In this document: one piece after another, positions 17,733-26,344 of the stretch
How positions within the stretch are numbered: position 1 is the stretch's first letter
How the letters are laid out: each line of letters opens with the position of its first letter
Virus record (IMG/VR): IMGVR_UViG_3300031857_000014
Reading direction: 5' to 3' (one strand)
Length of the DNA: 64,000 bases
Source of the DNA: a virus
Lineage: Duplodnaviria > Caudoviricetes
Notes under the pieces: generated by a model
The model's input: only the letters and a program-made list of their open reading frames with translations
The model's database searches: none
Told to the model about the DNA's origin: nothing
Position numbers and translations under genes: made by a program

Positions 17733-18149
17733 CTATTTTACAATGCTAAGTACCCCAAGAACTAAAACTAATATACCACCGGAAACAAAAGTCCATTTGT
17801 TTTTCAACTTTTGAACTTTTAATGATGTCTCAAGTTTTTTTGTGTGATCTTCTAAAATACCGTATTTCGTTCTTTCATCACTAATAATTCCGCTGAGGTT
17901 ATCGATTTTAATCAGTTGCTTGTTGATGATGCTGTCTTTGTATACAGACTTGATTTCACATTCATTCAAATGTTCTTCCGTTAGTTTTAATACGGCTTTA
18001 GCGGAATCTCCACTCAATAAATCCTTCATTATCAACCTAATAGTTGATATCTTGAAGCATTTTTCATCATTGTCTATTCCCGTATCTGTTTGAGAAAAAC
18101 TCGTCAATCTGAGTCCTGTTAAAAGTATCAATACTAATAATTTTTTCAT
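17733..18149 (-). CDS. Secreted/membrane coiled-coil protein, spanin-like candidate
   Basis: Signal-peptide-like N-terminus (…TSFSQ), coiled coil, C-terminal hydrophobic segment; overlaps the upstream gene by 83 nt. Confidence 0.5.
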   Translation of the reverse strand: MKKLLVLILLTGLRLTSFSQTDTGIDNDEKCFKISTIRLIMKDLLSGDSAKAVLKLTEEHLNECEIKSVYKDSIINKQLIKIDNLSGIISDERTKYGILEDHTKKLETSLKVQKLKNKWTFVSGGILVLVLGVLSIVK

Positions 18150-18423
18150 GATATATTTCTTTTACTATTGTTTTTTCTTGTTTTATTCTTGTTATATTGT
18201 TATTGACTTTTTCTATTTCATTATGATACTGAGTAATCACTGAATCAATTTTTTTATTTTCTTCTTCGTATTTTTTAATGTTATTATTCAAAGAATCAAT
18301 TTTCGCTTTAGATTCTGCAGACATTTCTACATTTGGTGATAAAACAAAAAATAACCAATATACTATTACACAGCCTATTACTAAGAGTAATATTGTGTTT
18401 ATGTGTTTTCCTATCGAAGTCAT
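18067..18423 (-). CDS. N-terminally anchored coiled-coil protein, i-spanin-like candidate
   Basis: One N-terminal TM segment followed by a coiled coil. Confidence 0.5.
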   Translation of the reverse strand: MTSIGKHINTILLLVIGCVIVYWLFFVLSPNVEMSAESKAKIDSLNNNIKKYEEENKKIDSVITQYHNEIEKVNNNITRIKQEKTIVKEIYHEKIISIDTFNRTQIDEFFSNRYGNRQ

Positions 18424-18438
18424 ATACTCTTTTTATAT

Positions 18439-18445
18439 ATAAATA
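18439..18445 (-). promoter_or_regulatory. Class I motif TATTTAT
   Basis: 15 nt upstream of the ATG at 18423. Confidence 0.45.
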
Positions 18446-18449
18446 TGAT

Positions 18450-19127
18450 TTATTTATTTTTTCTAACAACAATTTCATCTATAATTCCATATTCCAACGC
18501 TTCTTCTGATGATAACCATAAATCTCTTGTTGCGTCTTTTTTAATTGTGTCAGATGATTTCCCACAATATCCTCCAAGTAAATCAAAAAGAATATCATTC
18601 ATTTTTTTCCATTCAATCATGTCTATTTCTGCATCTTGAATATTTCCTCTAAATCCTCCACTAGATTGATGTAACATCGTTCTTGAAAATCTTAAAGAAC
18701 CTCTTTTACCTTTTGTCCCTGCTCCAAGTAAAATTGAACCCATAGACGCCGCCATTCCTGTGTTTATAGTTTTAATATCTGAACGAATGTAATCCATAAC
18801 ATCAACCATAGATAAACCAGATTTTACACTTCCACCCGGACTATCAATATGCATAGTAATGTCATTATTATCTAATGAATCCAAAAACATCAATTGAGCT
18901 TGAACAATTGTTGACATATGGTCGTCAACAACTCCCGCAACCCAAATAATCCTTTCCATCATCAATCTTGAAAATACATCCATGATGGTGACATTCATTT
19001 GTCTTTCTTCCAAAATATATGGTGTGAGACTGTTTTCAATTCTTTTGTTGTAATAATCTAGTTTTAAGGAACTAATGTTTTGGTCCTTAGCAAATAGTTT
19101 AAAATCCTTGTGGTTTTTTTCTGTCAT
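18450..19127 (-). CDS. clpP: ATP-dependent Clp protease proteolytic subunit
   Basis: DVFSRLMMERII, IDSPGGSV, catalytic AASMG (Ser), MLHQ (His), RDLWL region (Asp). Confidence 0.95.
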   Translation of the reverse strand: MTEKNHKDFKLFAKDQNISSLKLDYYNKRIENSLTPYILEERQMNVTIMDVFSRLMMERIIWVAGVVDDHMSTIVQAQLMFLDSLDNNDITMHIDSPGGSVKSGLSMVDVMDYIRSDIKTINTGMAASMGSILLGAGTKGKRGSLRFSRTMLHQSSGGFRGNIQDAEIDMIEWKKMNDILFDLLGGYCGKSSDTIKKDATRDLWLSSEEALEYGIIDEIVVRKNK

Positions 19128-19141
19128 TTCTAAAATTTTAA

Positions 19142-19149
19142 CAAATGTA
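19142..19149 (-). promoter_or_regulatory. Candidate host-type Bacteroidota -7 element TACATTTG
   Basis: Matches the TAnnTTTG consensus 14 nt upstream of clpP; no matching -33 TTTG seen. Confidence 0.3.
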
Positions 19150-19165
19150 AAACAATTTTTTTATG

Positions 19166-21508
19166 TTAAGAAATTTTTGTTGTTACGAACTCAATAGATG
19201 ATATATTATCATTTTTATTAATCATTACCAAATTGTCTGACCAATTCCTAATCAATGTGTTATGCGATATAACGATTATATGTTCAAAATAATTTTTAAT
19301 TTTTTTGAAGAATTCCCCAACCATTTCTAAATTCTCGTCAGCAATTTTACCAAATACTTCATCCATAACTACTATATTTGGTTTAGGTAATGACGATATC
19401 TTGGTAAGAACACTTCTAATTGCCAATGATGAAATTGTTCTCTCGTATCCTGAACCGGAATTTAATGGTTTAACCACTCTTGTCTCATTATCAATCATAA
19501 GAAATTCCACTTCATTTTTGTCATTGATATTCAATTCCAAAATGAAATAACAACTATCTGACAATAATCTGTGTAGTTCTATGTTCAAAAGCGGAATCAT
19601 ATTTTTAAGAATAACTTTCGAAATTCCGTTCTTACCATAAATGGTAAGATATGTTTTAAATACACCCAACAACTCTTCCTCTGATTTGATTTTGTCAATC
19701 AATTCATGGTTCACTTTAATTTTATCTTTTAAACTGTTTATATTCACAGTGTGATTGTTTATTGATGTGTTTGTTTGTCTGATGTCTCCATTTGTTGAAT
19801 CTATTTGGGTTCTTAGAGTAACAATTTCCGCATCTATCTTTTTATTGTCGTCTAATTTTTTCTTGTTTTCTTCATATCTTTTAAGGTTATTCTTTTTTCC
19901 ATCTATCTCAAATTGTTTTTGTTCTATCTCTAATTCAATTCTTGACCTTCTCAATTTATTTCTTTCATAATCATCATATTCTTTCTTGAGGGTGGTAAAT
20001 TTAAGTTCTTTTTTTTCAAGGTTGTTTAAATCTTTTTCACATTTTTCTATTTTTTCTTTAAACTTTATTATCTCTTTTTTTAATTTATTTATTTCAGATG
20101 TATTGTCAACGTCCTCTAAAGGTCTACTACAAGTAGGGCAAACGGTACCTTTTTCAAGTTTTTCTATTAATTTTTCATTTCCGGTTATAGATGTGGATGA
20201 AACTCTTTTTTCCACAGTCAAGTTGTTAATTTCCTCCTTTATCTTATTATGTTCCTCTTCCAAATAAAATTCAGATGGTTCGGTAACAACTATTTCGTTT
20301 GCACTTTTTTCTTTTTCATCTCTTTGTTGACCCAAAGATTTAATTTCTTGCTCTAAGATAATAGGATTTATTCTGATTAAATCCTGATCTATGTCATTGT
20401 TTCTTGAACTTAATATTTCATCTCTTCTATCTTCAAGATTTTTTAATTTTTTATTCAAATCATTTAATGAACCATTAAGTTTTTCAATTTCTTTTTCTGA
20501 ATTTACTATTCCATCATTATATTTTGAGTTATCAGTTTCCAACTGAACGATGTTATACGAATTAGATGTCAGTTTTTTGGACCAATCATTATATATTTCT
20601 TTGCACCTTTCTTCTTTAACTTTTAAATTTTCTAATCCTAAAAATCTAGTAAGGATTTGTCCTCTCGCGGTTGCTTTAGATTCAATCATTTGTTCAAGAT
20701 TGTAACCTGTAGTCAAAATAGTTGATAAGAAATCTTCTTCAGTACCAATAGCGGATGATATAAATTCTTCTGTCTCTCTTCTTTGTTCTCCATTTAAGTT
20801 GAGAATAGTGCCGTCTGAATTTATTTTATAAAATTCTAATTTATTAGTTATTGTGTAATCACCTGTCTTTGACTTTTTTCTTATGATTTTTCTCTCAATT
20901 ACATAATCTTCTCCATCAATACTAATTTCGCCACTTACAACTACTTCATCTTTATCGGTAAACTTATTAAAAATTTCTGCGTTAGTTTTTGTTTTTGTAG
21001 TAGAATTAAAAAACAAAAACATGAGTAAATCTACTGTTGATGTGGACTTGCCACCAAAGTTTTTAGGTGTCGATTCTATTACAGTGATACCTTCAAGTTT
21101 TGTGTAATCAATTTCATTATTGTCACCAAAAGATAAGAAGTTAGAAAACTTTATTTTTTTTATAAACCACTTGTTATACTTAACTTTATTTGGATTTAAT
21201 TTATCAATTTCTGCATTTATTTTATTATCTAACCTATCAATTAGTTCCCACTTTACGGCAATAGCATTCTCTCTAATAAAATCTTTCATTAAATTCTTCT
21301 GATATTGTTTATCAGTTATGTTATCAGAAACATCTAATGATTTCAACTTAGTGTTTTGAATGTCAGATAAATTTTTTGTTACAACCTGAACATTTTTTGA
21401 GTTATACTTATTTTGAAAATAAGTTTTTACTCTTCTAATTTTTTCTGGTGTAAAGTTTTCTGCAGTGTCTTCCCACGTTACTCTTATAAATGGATTTTCG
21501 TAATTCAT
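19166..21508 (-). CDS. sbcC: SbcC/Rad50/gp46-like recombination ATPase
   Basis: IKFSNFLSFG, Walker A-like NFGGKST, coiled coils with CPTC zinc hook, SGYE signature, VMDEVFG Walker B; about 110-aa N-terminal extension. Confidence 0.88.
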   Translation of the reverse strand: MNYENPFIRVTWEDTAENFTPEKIRRVKTYFQNKYNSKNVQVVTKNLSDIQNTKLKSLDVSDNITDKQYQKNLMKDFIRENAIAVKWELIDRLDNKINAEIDKLNPNKVKYNKWFIKKIKFSNFLSFGDNNEIDYTKLEGITVIESTPKNFGGKSTSTVDLLMFLFFNSTTKTKTNAEIFNKFTDKDEVVVSGEISIDGEDYVIERKIIRKKSKTGDYTITNKLEFYKINSDGTILNLNGEQRRETEEFISSAIGTEEDFLSTILTTGYNLEQMIESKATARGQILTRFLGLENLKVKEERCKEIYNDWSKKLTSNSYNIVQLETDNSKYNDGIVNSEKEIEKLNGSLNDLNKKLKNLEDRRDEILSSRNNDIDQDLIRINPIILEQEIKSLGQQRDEKEKSANEIVVTEPSEFYLEEEHNKIKEEINNLTVEKRVSSTSITGNEKLIEKLEKGTVCPTCSRPLEDVDNTSEINKLKKEIIKFKEKIEKCEKDLNNLEKKELKFTTLKKEYDDYERNKLRRSRIELEIEQKQFEIDGKKNNLKRYEENKKKLDDNKKIDAEIVTLRTQIDSTNGDIRQTNTSINNHTVNINSLKDKIKVNHELIDKIKSEEELLGVFKTYLTIYGKNGISKVILKNMIPLLNIELHRLLSDSCYFILELNINDKNEVEFLMIDNETRVVKPLNSGSGYERTISSLAIRSVLTKISSLPKPNIVVMDEVFGKIADENLEMVGEFFKKIKNYFEHIIVISHNTLIRNWSDNLVMINKNDNISSIEFVTTKIS

Positions 21509-22014
21509 TAATCTTGTAATATAAATTGTCCTTTAATTAAATTGTATGTTCTTACGTCTTTCTTTTTGAGTGATAACCATTCTTCAACACAATCACTGTT
21601 ATTAGGTTGAAATTTACACTCATAAAGTTTTTTGGGGTCTTTAATCACATGTGGTTCAACAACCAAAAATTGTGTAAAGTCTTTATTTGTCCTTATGTAT
21701 AAGTTTTTATCATGTGATGGATTAAATTTCCCATTATAATATTCTAACCAATATTTGTGTTTTCTTTTAGGAATGTTTAATGTACGAAAACCTAAATTAG
21801 ATATTAACGAATACGCATCATTTTTCCAAAAATCTCCGGACCACTTACCATGTTCAACTTCAACACCCATATTTTTTTCTTTCTTACAAATTAAGTCAAT
21901 CTTGTTATATGCGGGATTGGAATAAAGCTTAAGTCCAAGAGTAATATTTGCAAACTTTATTACTTCATTTCTGACTAATGTATCATCTAAATTATTTTTA
22001 CCAATAAACCCCAT
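21508..22014 (-). CDS. Putative PD-(D/E)XK-fold endonuclease
   Basis: KIDL...GVEVEH spacing, then TLNIPKRKHK. Confidence 0.4.
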   Translation of the reverse strand: MGFIGKNNLDDTLVRNEVIKFANITLGLKLYSNPAYNKIDLICKKEKNMGVEVEHGKWSGDFWKNDAYSLISNLGFRTLNIPKRKHKYWLEYYNGKFNPSHDKNLYIRTNKDFTQFLVVEPHVIKDPKKLYECKFQPNNSDCVEEWLSLKKKDVRTYNLIKGQFILQD

Positions 22015-22033
22015 TTTCTGTTTTTAACCTTTT

Positions 22034-22342
22034 TTATTCGAAATGTTCAACTATAGTATTAACAGCCCAAACAATTCCAGTGGTAAACATTCCATCAAAA
22101 AAAATAGATGGTAACCAATGTATATCAAAAAATTTAGTTGCCAAACCACCCAAACATAGTGACAAGAAAAATCCTACCCACGTAGATGTACACATAATAC
22201 AACCGGTCAAGTCACCTAAAAATTTATTGTTTGTTTTAAACCATTCCCTTAAAGGTTCGAAAATAGTGCCATAAACAATTATTGTACTCATACCATAAGC
22301 CATAAAAGTCCAAAAAAGTAATGTTGTAATTAATGAAATCAT
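22034..22342 (-). CDS. Small membrane protein with CxxC, DUF1360-like
   Basis: Three hydrophobic segments with LTGCIMCTSTWVG. Confidence 0.6.
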   Translation of the reverse strand: MISLITTLLFWTFMAYGMSTIIVYGTIFEPLREWFKTNNKFLGDLTGCIMCTSTWVGFFLSLCLGGLATKFFDIHWLPSIFFDGMFTTGIVWAVNTIVEHFE

Positions 22343-22362
22343 AATCTAAAATTTTATATTAA

Positions 22363-22377
22363 AATATAACTAAAAAA
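22363..22377 (-). promoter_or_regulatory. Class II motif TTTTTTAGTTATATT
   Basis: Identical to 17278..17292; 20 nt upstream of the ATG at 22342. Confidence 0.5.
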
Positions 22378-22403
22378 TACAAATAAAAAAAGTATTCTAG
22401 TTT

Positions 22404-22976
22404 TTATTCATCATATATAGAATTCATGTTACTATTCTTCATGTATTTTGCTTTGTTTAATGTTTCTAATGACGATGTTATCTTTTCTAATTCCTCTTTT
22501 AATTTAGTGTTCTCTTCTTTTAATTTTTTTATCTCATCATCATTAGTTACCTCTTTGATTACCTCTACAATTTTTTCTTTCTCAATAATCTTTTCTATTG
22601 GAACTTCTTTAATTACTTCTTTTACCACGATTTTTTCATCTCCTTTAATTTCTACCGGTACTTCTTTTATTACCTCAACTATTTTTTCTACTGGAACTTC
22701 TTTTATTACTTCTACAATTTTTTCTTTTTCAACTATTTTTTCCACAGGAACTTCTTTAATCACTTCAACCGGTACCTCTTTAATAATTTCTTTAATGACT
22801 TCTTTTTCTACAATCTTTTCTTTATTACTAAAAGAGAAAGGTGATTCTCCATACTTCAATATATAATACCCTCGATTAAAAGTATCTTTTGCAAGTTTCT
22901 GAACATCATCAACATTGTTTATTTCACAATACCTGATAAATTCATCATCCAATATTAACGAGTTCTTCTGTTTCAT
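22404..22976 (-). CDS. Protein with alveolin/articulin-like EVPVEKIVE repeats
   Basis: Globular N-terminus, five (I/V)IKEVP(V/I)E units, C-terminal coiled coil. Confidence 0.7.
   Translation of the reverse strand: MKQKNSLILDDEFIRYCEINNVDDVQKLAKDTFNRGYYILKYGESPFSFSNKEKIVEKEVIKEIIKEVPVEVIKEVPVEKIVEKEKIVEVIKEVPVEKIVEVIKEVPVEIKGDEKIVVKEVIKEVPIEKIIEKEKIVEVIKEVTNDDEIKKLKEENTKLKEELEKITSSLETLNKAKYMKNSNMNSIYDE
22545..22823 (-). repeat. Val/Glu/Lys/Ile/Pro coding repeat
   Basis: Residues about 52-144: KEVIKEIIKEVPVEVIKEVPVEKIVEKEKIVEVIKEVPVEKIVE... Confidence 0.85.
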
Positions 22977-23763
22977 TTTCTATGTCTTTTATATCGGAGA
23001 TTGAAAAGTGTAAGAAAGGTTGTTGATTAGGTAAGTCAACAAACTCATACTTGTCTTCTTCAATATCATAAATACCATACCCATGATGCTTTACCGTTTC
23101 ACCAAAATTTTGTTGAATTAAACTACCAATCATTACCGCTCTACCCCCACTTGGTAATGTAAACATTTGTCTTTTATGTATATCACCACATAACAATAAA
23201 TCCAAATCAACAAAATTTAGTTTATCATATGCATCTTCAAATTCAAAACCTAAATCAGTTGATAACCCTTGGATTGGTCCATGAAATAACCCTATCGTTA
23301 ATTGATTATCATCTTTACTAAACTCAGGTCTTTTATTGTGTTGATACAAGGAATAAACAATCCAATCTATGTTATCATCATTATATTGTCCGCTATCTTT
23401 ATAATATGTTATCCATTCATTGTTTAATAAATCTACAACAGGAGAAATACTATCCAATCTTTGTACATTATTTTCCAAAAAATCGTGATTACCCGGTATA
23501 ATAACAACCTTACCAAATTTAGTTAGTTCTTTTAAAAACCAACTTGTCAACATTAATTGTTCGTTTGAAATGTTTATCTTTTGATGTGCAATATCCCCAA
23601 CAATTACAATTCTTATTTGTGATGGACTAATATTTTCATCATACCATTCAACACATTTTTTTCCTATGTCTTCCAATAAAATTTCAAATTGTTTTTTATA
23701 CAAATCGTGCATCTGAAATGTTCTGATATGTATATCTGCAATGTGTACTATTTTTTTTATCAT
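22945..23763 (-). CDS. sbcD: SbcD/Mre11/gp47-like metallophosphoesterase nuclease
   Basis: HIADIHI, IVGDIAH, IPGNHD, LFHG, GDIHKRQ motifs. Confidence 0.88.
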   Translation of the reverse strand: MIKKIVHIADIHIRTFQMHDLYKKQFEILLEDIGKKCVEWYDENISPSQIRIVIVGDIAHQKINISNEQLMLTSWFLKELTKFGKVVIIPGNHDFLENNVQRLDSISPVVDLLNNEWITYYKDSGQYNDDNIDWIVYSLYQHNKRPEFSKDDNQLTIGLFHGPIQGLSTDLGFEFEDAYDKLNFVDLDLLLCGDIHKRQMFTLPSGGRAVMIGSLIQQNFGETVKHHGYGIYDIEEDKYEFVDLPNQQPFLHFSISDIKDIENETEELVNIG

Positions 23764-24620
23764 CTCTTTAAATATTTTTTAATGTCCATTTTTAAAATTG
23801 TATTATTTACATAACCGGGAACTTTATATTCTTGAAAAGTCCCATCGTCTTTTAGTAATACAATCACACAACCCAACATTTTTATTGATTCATATTTTGT
23901 ACCTTCTAACATTTTAATAAATAATTTACCATACAACGGTAATTGAAGAAAGTAATGTCCTAACGCAGTATCATCATACTCATTGAAAGGATGATACATT
24001 TTTTTAGTATAATATTGAGCCTCAAAATTTTTAGGTTGATTTGTTTTCCAATCTGTAACAACAAAACCAAAATCAGTTTTTTCTTTATTCATCATCAACC
24101 ATATTTTATCTGGTTGACCAGTATAACCTAATTCAGGGTCACCTAAAATACTCTCAGTATCTAATAATATTGCATTTCTTTCTGTCATTAAATCAAGAAA
24201 CTTTTTACCTGCAGATATCATAGAATCACTTTTTGTGATTTGTGTTTCATCACAACTGAATATTGGTTGTCTAACCTCTTTGTAGTTACCAAATCTACTT
24301 ATTGTGTCATTCTCTAAAACATAATGTACTCTACTTCCCATATTAGTTGAGTACTCACCAGCAGCCCTCCATTCCGCCAATAACTTTTGTTGACCTTCGG
24401 GGTCACCATTTGACATTTGTAATGCCTTCCCTTCTGCATCAAAATGTGAGTGAAATTTTTTAACTACTTTAGATACAGATGGAAAATTCTTTTTTATTAC
24501 TCCATCAATATCTCTCATATGATATATATGTTCTTCTTCTATGAAAGTTAATTCCAATTCATTTCTTCTTTTTTCCATTAAATCCCTTATTTCAAGAGAT
24601 ACATCATTTAAATTTATCAT
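23760..24620 (-). CDS. PD-(D/E)XK exonuclease (RecB-like)
   Basis: GSRVHYVLE, GQPDKI, TDWKT, HYFLQLPLY motifs. Confidence 0.75.
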   Translation of the reverse strand: MINLNDVSLEIRDLMEKRRNELELTFIEEEHIYHMRDIDGVIKKNFPSVSKVVKKFHSHFDAEGKALQMSNGDPEGQQKLLAEWRAAGEYSTNMGSRVHYVLENDTISRFGNYKEVRQPIFSCDETQITKSDSMISAGKKFLDLMTERNAILLDTESILGDPELGYTGQPDKIWLMMNKEKTDFGFVVTDWKTNQPKNFEAQYYTKKMYHPFNEYDDTALGHYFLQLPLYGKLFIKMLEGTKYESIKMLGCVIVLLKDDGTFQEYKVPGYVNNTILKMDIKKYLKR

Positions 24621-25561
24621 TAATCAATTTGTTTTATGTTGTAGTTATTTAAATCACCTTGTAAATCGGCGATGTCTTTATCTTTTGGTAATTCTACTAT
24701 CCAAACTTTACCCATTAGTTTACCACAATTAATCTTATGATATAACTTAACCGCATCTTCATACGCATCCCCATCTAATACAATAATTATTTTTTTAGCA
24801 TTCTCATATAATTTCTTAAATAACTTATCAGTCATAAATTTACCCAACATAGGAATTGAATTCGGTAAAAATATACTGTCGAAAGCACCCTCAACTAAGT
24901 AAACAGGTTCATCCCAATTTATCAAATACTCATTCCAAATAATTAATTCTTTTTGAACACTGGGATTTTTATATTTTAATTTAGTTCTTGTTAAGTAAGA
25001 TCTGGCAACAAAATAATTTAATTCTTTATCCTCATCATATGATGGTATGATAATTCTATTCTCGTACATACCAGTGTTACAAAATCCAATGTTGAATTTT
25101 TGTAACATTTCATCTGTAATATTTCTTTTCTTAATGTAATTAAGAGCTTGTTTATAAAAAGGCGTCATTTTCATACCAAGTGTCACATTAGTAAACGGTA
25201 TGAATTCTTTTGGTAACTTAATTTTTTTGTAAAATCTTTTGTTTGATGAATCGTCATCGTCCGGTCTTAATAATTGATATTTTTTTAATTGTCTACTGTT
25301 ACCAAACTTTTTAATTAATTTGTATATAGAACCATGTGTTTCATTTGTCTCTGAACAAGACCAACATTTGAAAACGTTATTTTTATAATTTACTTCTAAA
25401 TTCCCTTTACCATCACCATAATCTAATCCTTTAATTTCATATGAACATACTGGACAATCAAAAGATATTTGACCTTTATTCTCATTGTGCATTTTATAAT
25501 CACCCAAAATGTCTTCGAGAATGTCAGTAATTAATGAGTAGTCAACATCTTGTTTTACCAT
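24620..25561 (-). CDS. dnaG: DNA primase
   Basis: Zn finger FDCPVC...FKCWSC, RIIIP, TOPRIM LVEGAFD and LDGD. Confidence 0.88.
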   Translation of the reverse strand: MVKQDVDYSLITDILEDILGDYKMHNENKGQISFDCPVCSYEIKGLDYGDGKGNLEVNYKNNVFKCWSCSETNETHGSIYKLIKKFGNSRQLKKYQLLRPDDDDSSNKRFYKKIKLPKEFIPFTNVTLGMKMTPFYKQALNYIKKRNITDEMLQKFNIGFCNTGMYENRIIIPSYDEDKELNYFVARSYLTRTKLKYKNPSVQKELIIWNEYLINWDEPVYLVEGAFDSIFLPNSIPMLGKFMTDKLFKKLYENAKKIIIVLDGDAYEDAVKLYHKINCGKLMGKVWIVELPKDKDIADLQGDLNNYNIKQID

Positions 25562-25590
25562 ATTATCAAATAATAGTGAAAAAAATTGAT

Positions 25591-25626
25591 AAAAAAAAAT
25601 CCCCTGAAGACACCAACTTCAGGGGA
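25591..25626 (-). terminator. Strong intrinsic terminator between ruvC and primase
   Basis: Minus strand TCCCCTGAAG-TTGGTGT-CTTCAGGGGA 10-bp stem followed by T9. Confidence 0.8.
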
Positions 25627-25669
25627 AACTAACCAACACATATTACTATGTCCCGTCCTAATATAAATT
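25591..25669 (-). ncRNA. Candidate small structured RNA or attenuator leader
   Basis: TATTTAT at 25670..25676, then ACATA-GTAA-TATGT GNRA-loop hairpin, then the terminator. Confidence 0.3.
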
Positions 25670-25685
25670 ATAAATAATCTTTTTA

Positions 25686-26306
25686 TTAATTGGAAGTTTT
25701 ATTTGCCATATTTTTTGTTGTCATGTTAATATACCCAATTACACATGTCACAGCATCCGATTGATCGTAACATTCTTTCTTTAAATTACCTGTTTTAGTA
25801 TATTGCCACTTAACTTCAGGACAAACAGCATTCACATGTTCCCAAATAACATGTTTTTTATCAATATCTTTTGGATAACCACCAAATAAAACATTTTTAC
25901 CTTTTTCATTTACTCCGACCAAATCAGGAAACGCAAACTTTCTAGCGTTATATGTGGATATAAACGTAGGTAAAACACCTAATATATCGTAACAATTTTT
26001 TAAAATAAGTGTGTTATATCTTAATAAAGTTTGAACTGTATAGATATTATTTGAATTTAATAAAGGTTCTTCAATAACAACCTTTTCAATCGACATATCC
26101 CTATAATTTTCTAAATGTTTTTTAAACGCATCCGCCTTTTTAATTAATTCCTCAATCTTATCTTCAGGTTGTGGTTTAATTTTAGGTGAGAAATGGGTTA
26201 ATTCCAACAATTTGGATGTTGATATATCAAACAATGCAAAGCCGATGGTCTTGGTGCTGATGTCTAAACCGAGAATTTTTGGGTTGTTTTTGATTTTAAT
26301 ACTCAT
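25686..26306 (-). CDS. ruvC: RuvC-like Holliday junction resolvase
   Basis: ILGLDISTKTIGFA, VVIEEP, DQSDAV catalytic motifs. Confidence 0.8.
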   Translation of the reverse strand: MSIKIKNNPKILGLDISTKTIGFALFDISTSKLLELTHFSPKIKPQPEDKIEELIKKADAFKKHLENYRDMSIEKVVIEEPLLNSNNIYTVQTLLRYNTLILKNCYDILGVLPTFISTYNARKFAFPDLVGVNEKGKNVLFGGYPKDIDKKHVIWEHVNAVCPEVKWQYTKTGNLKKECYDQSDAVTCVIGYINMTTKNMANKTSN

Positions 26307-26344
26307 ATAAAAATATATAACTAATATTTTTTAAATAGTAAATA

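Noticed and set aside
23760-24620. Cas4 assignment for the PD-(D/E)XK exonuclease
   Set aside because: It lacks the four-Cys Fe-S motif and sits in a replication/recombination operon.
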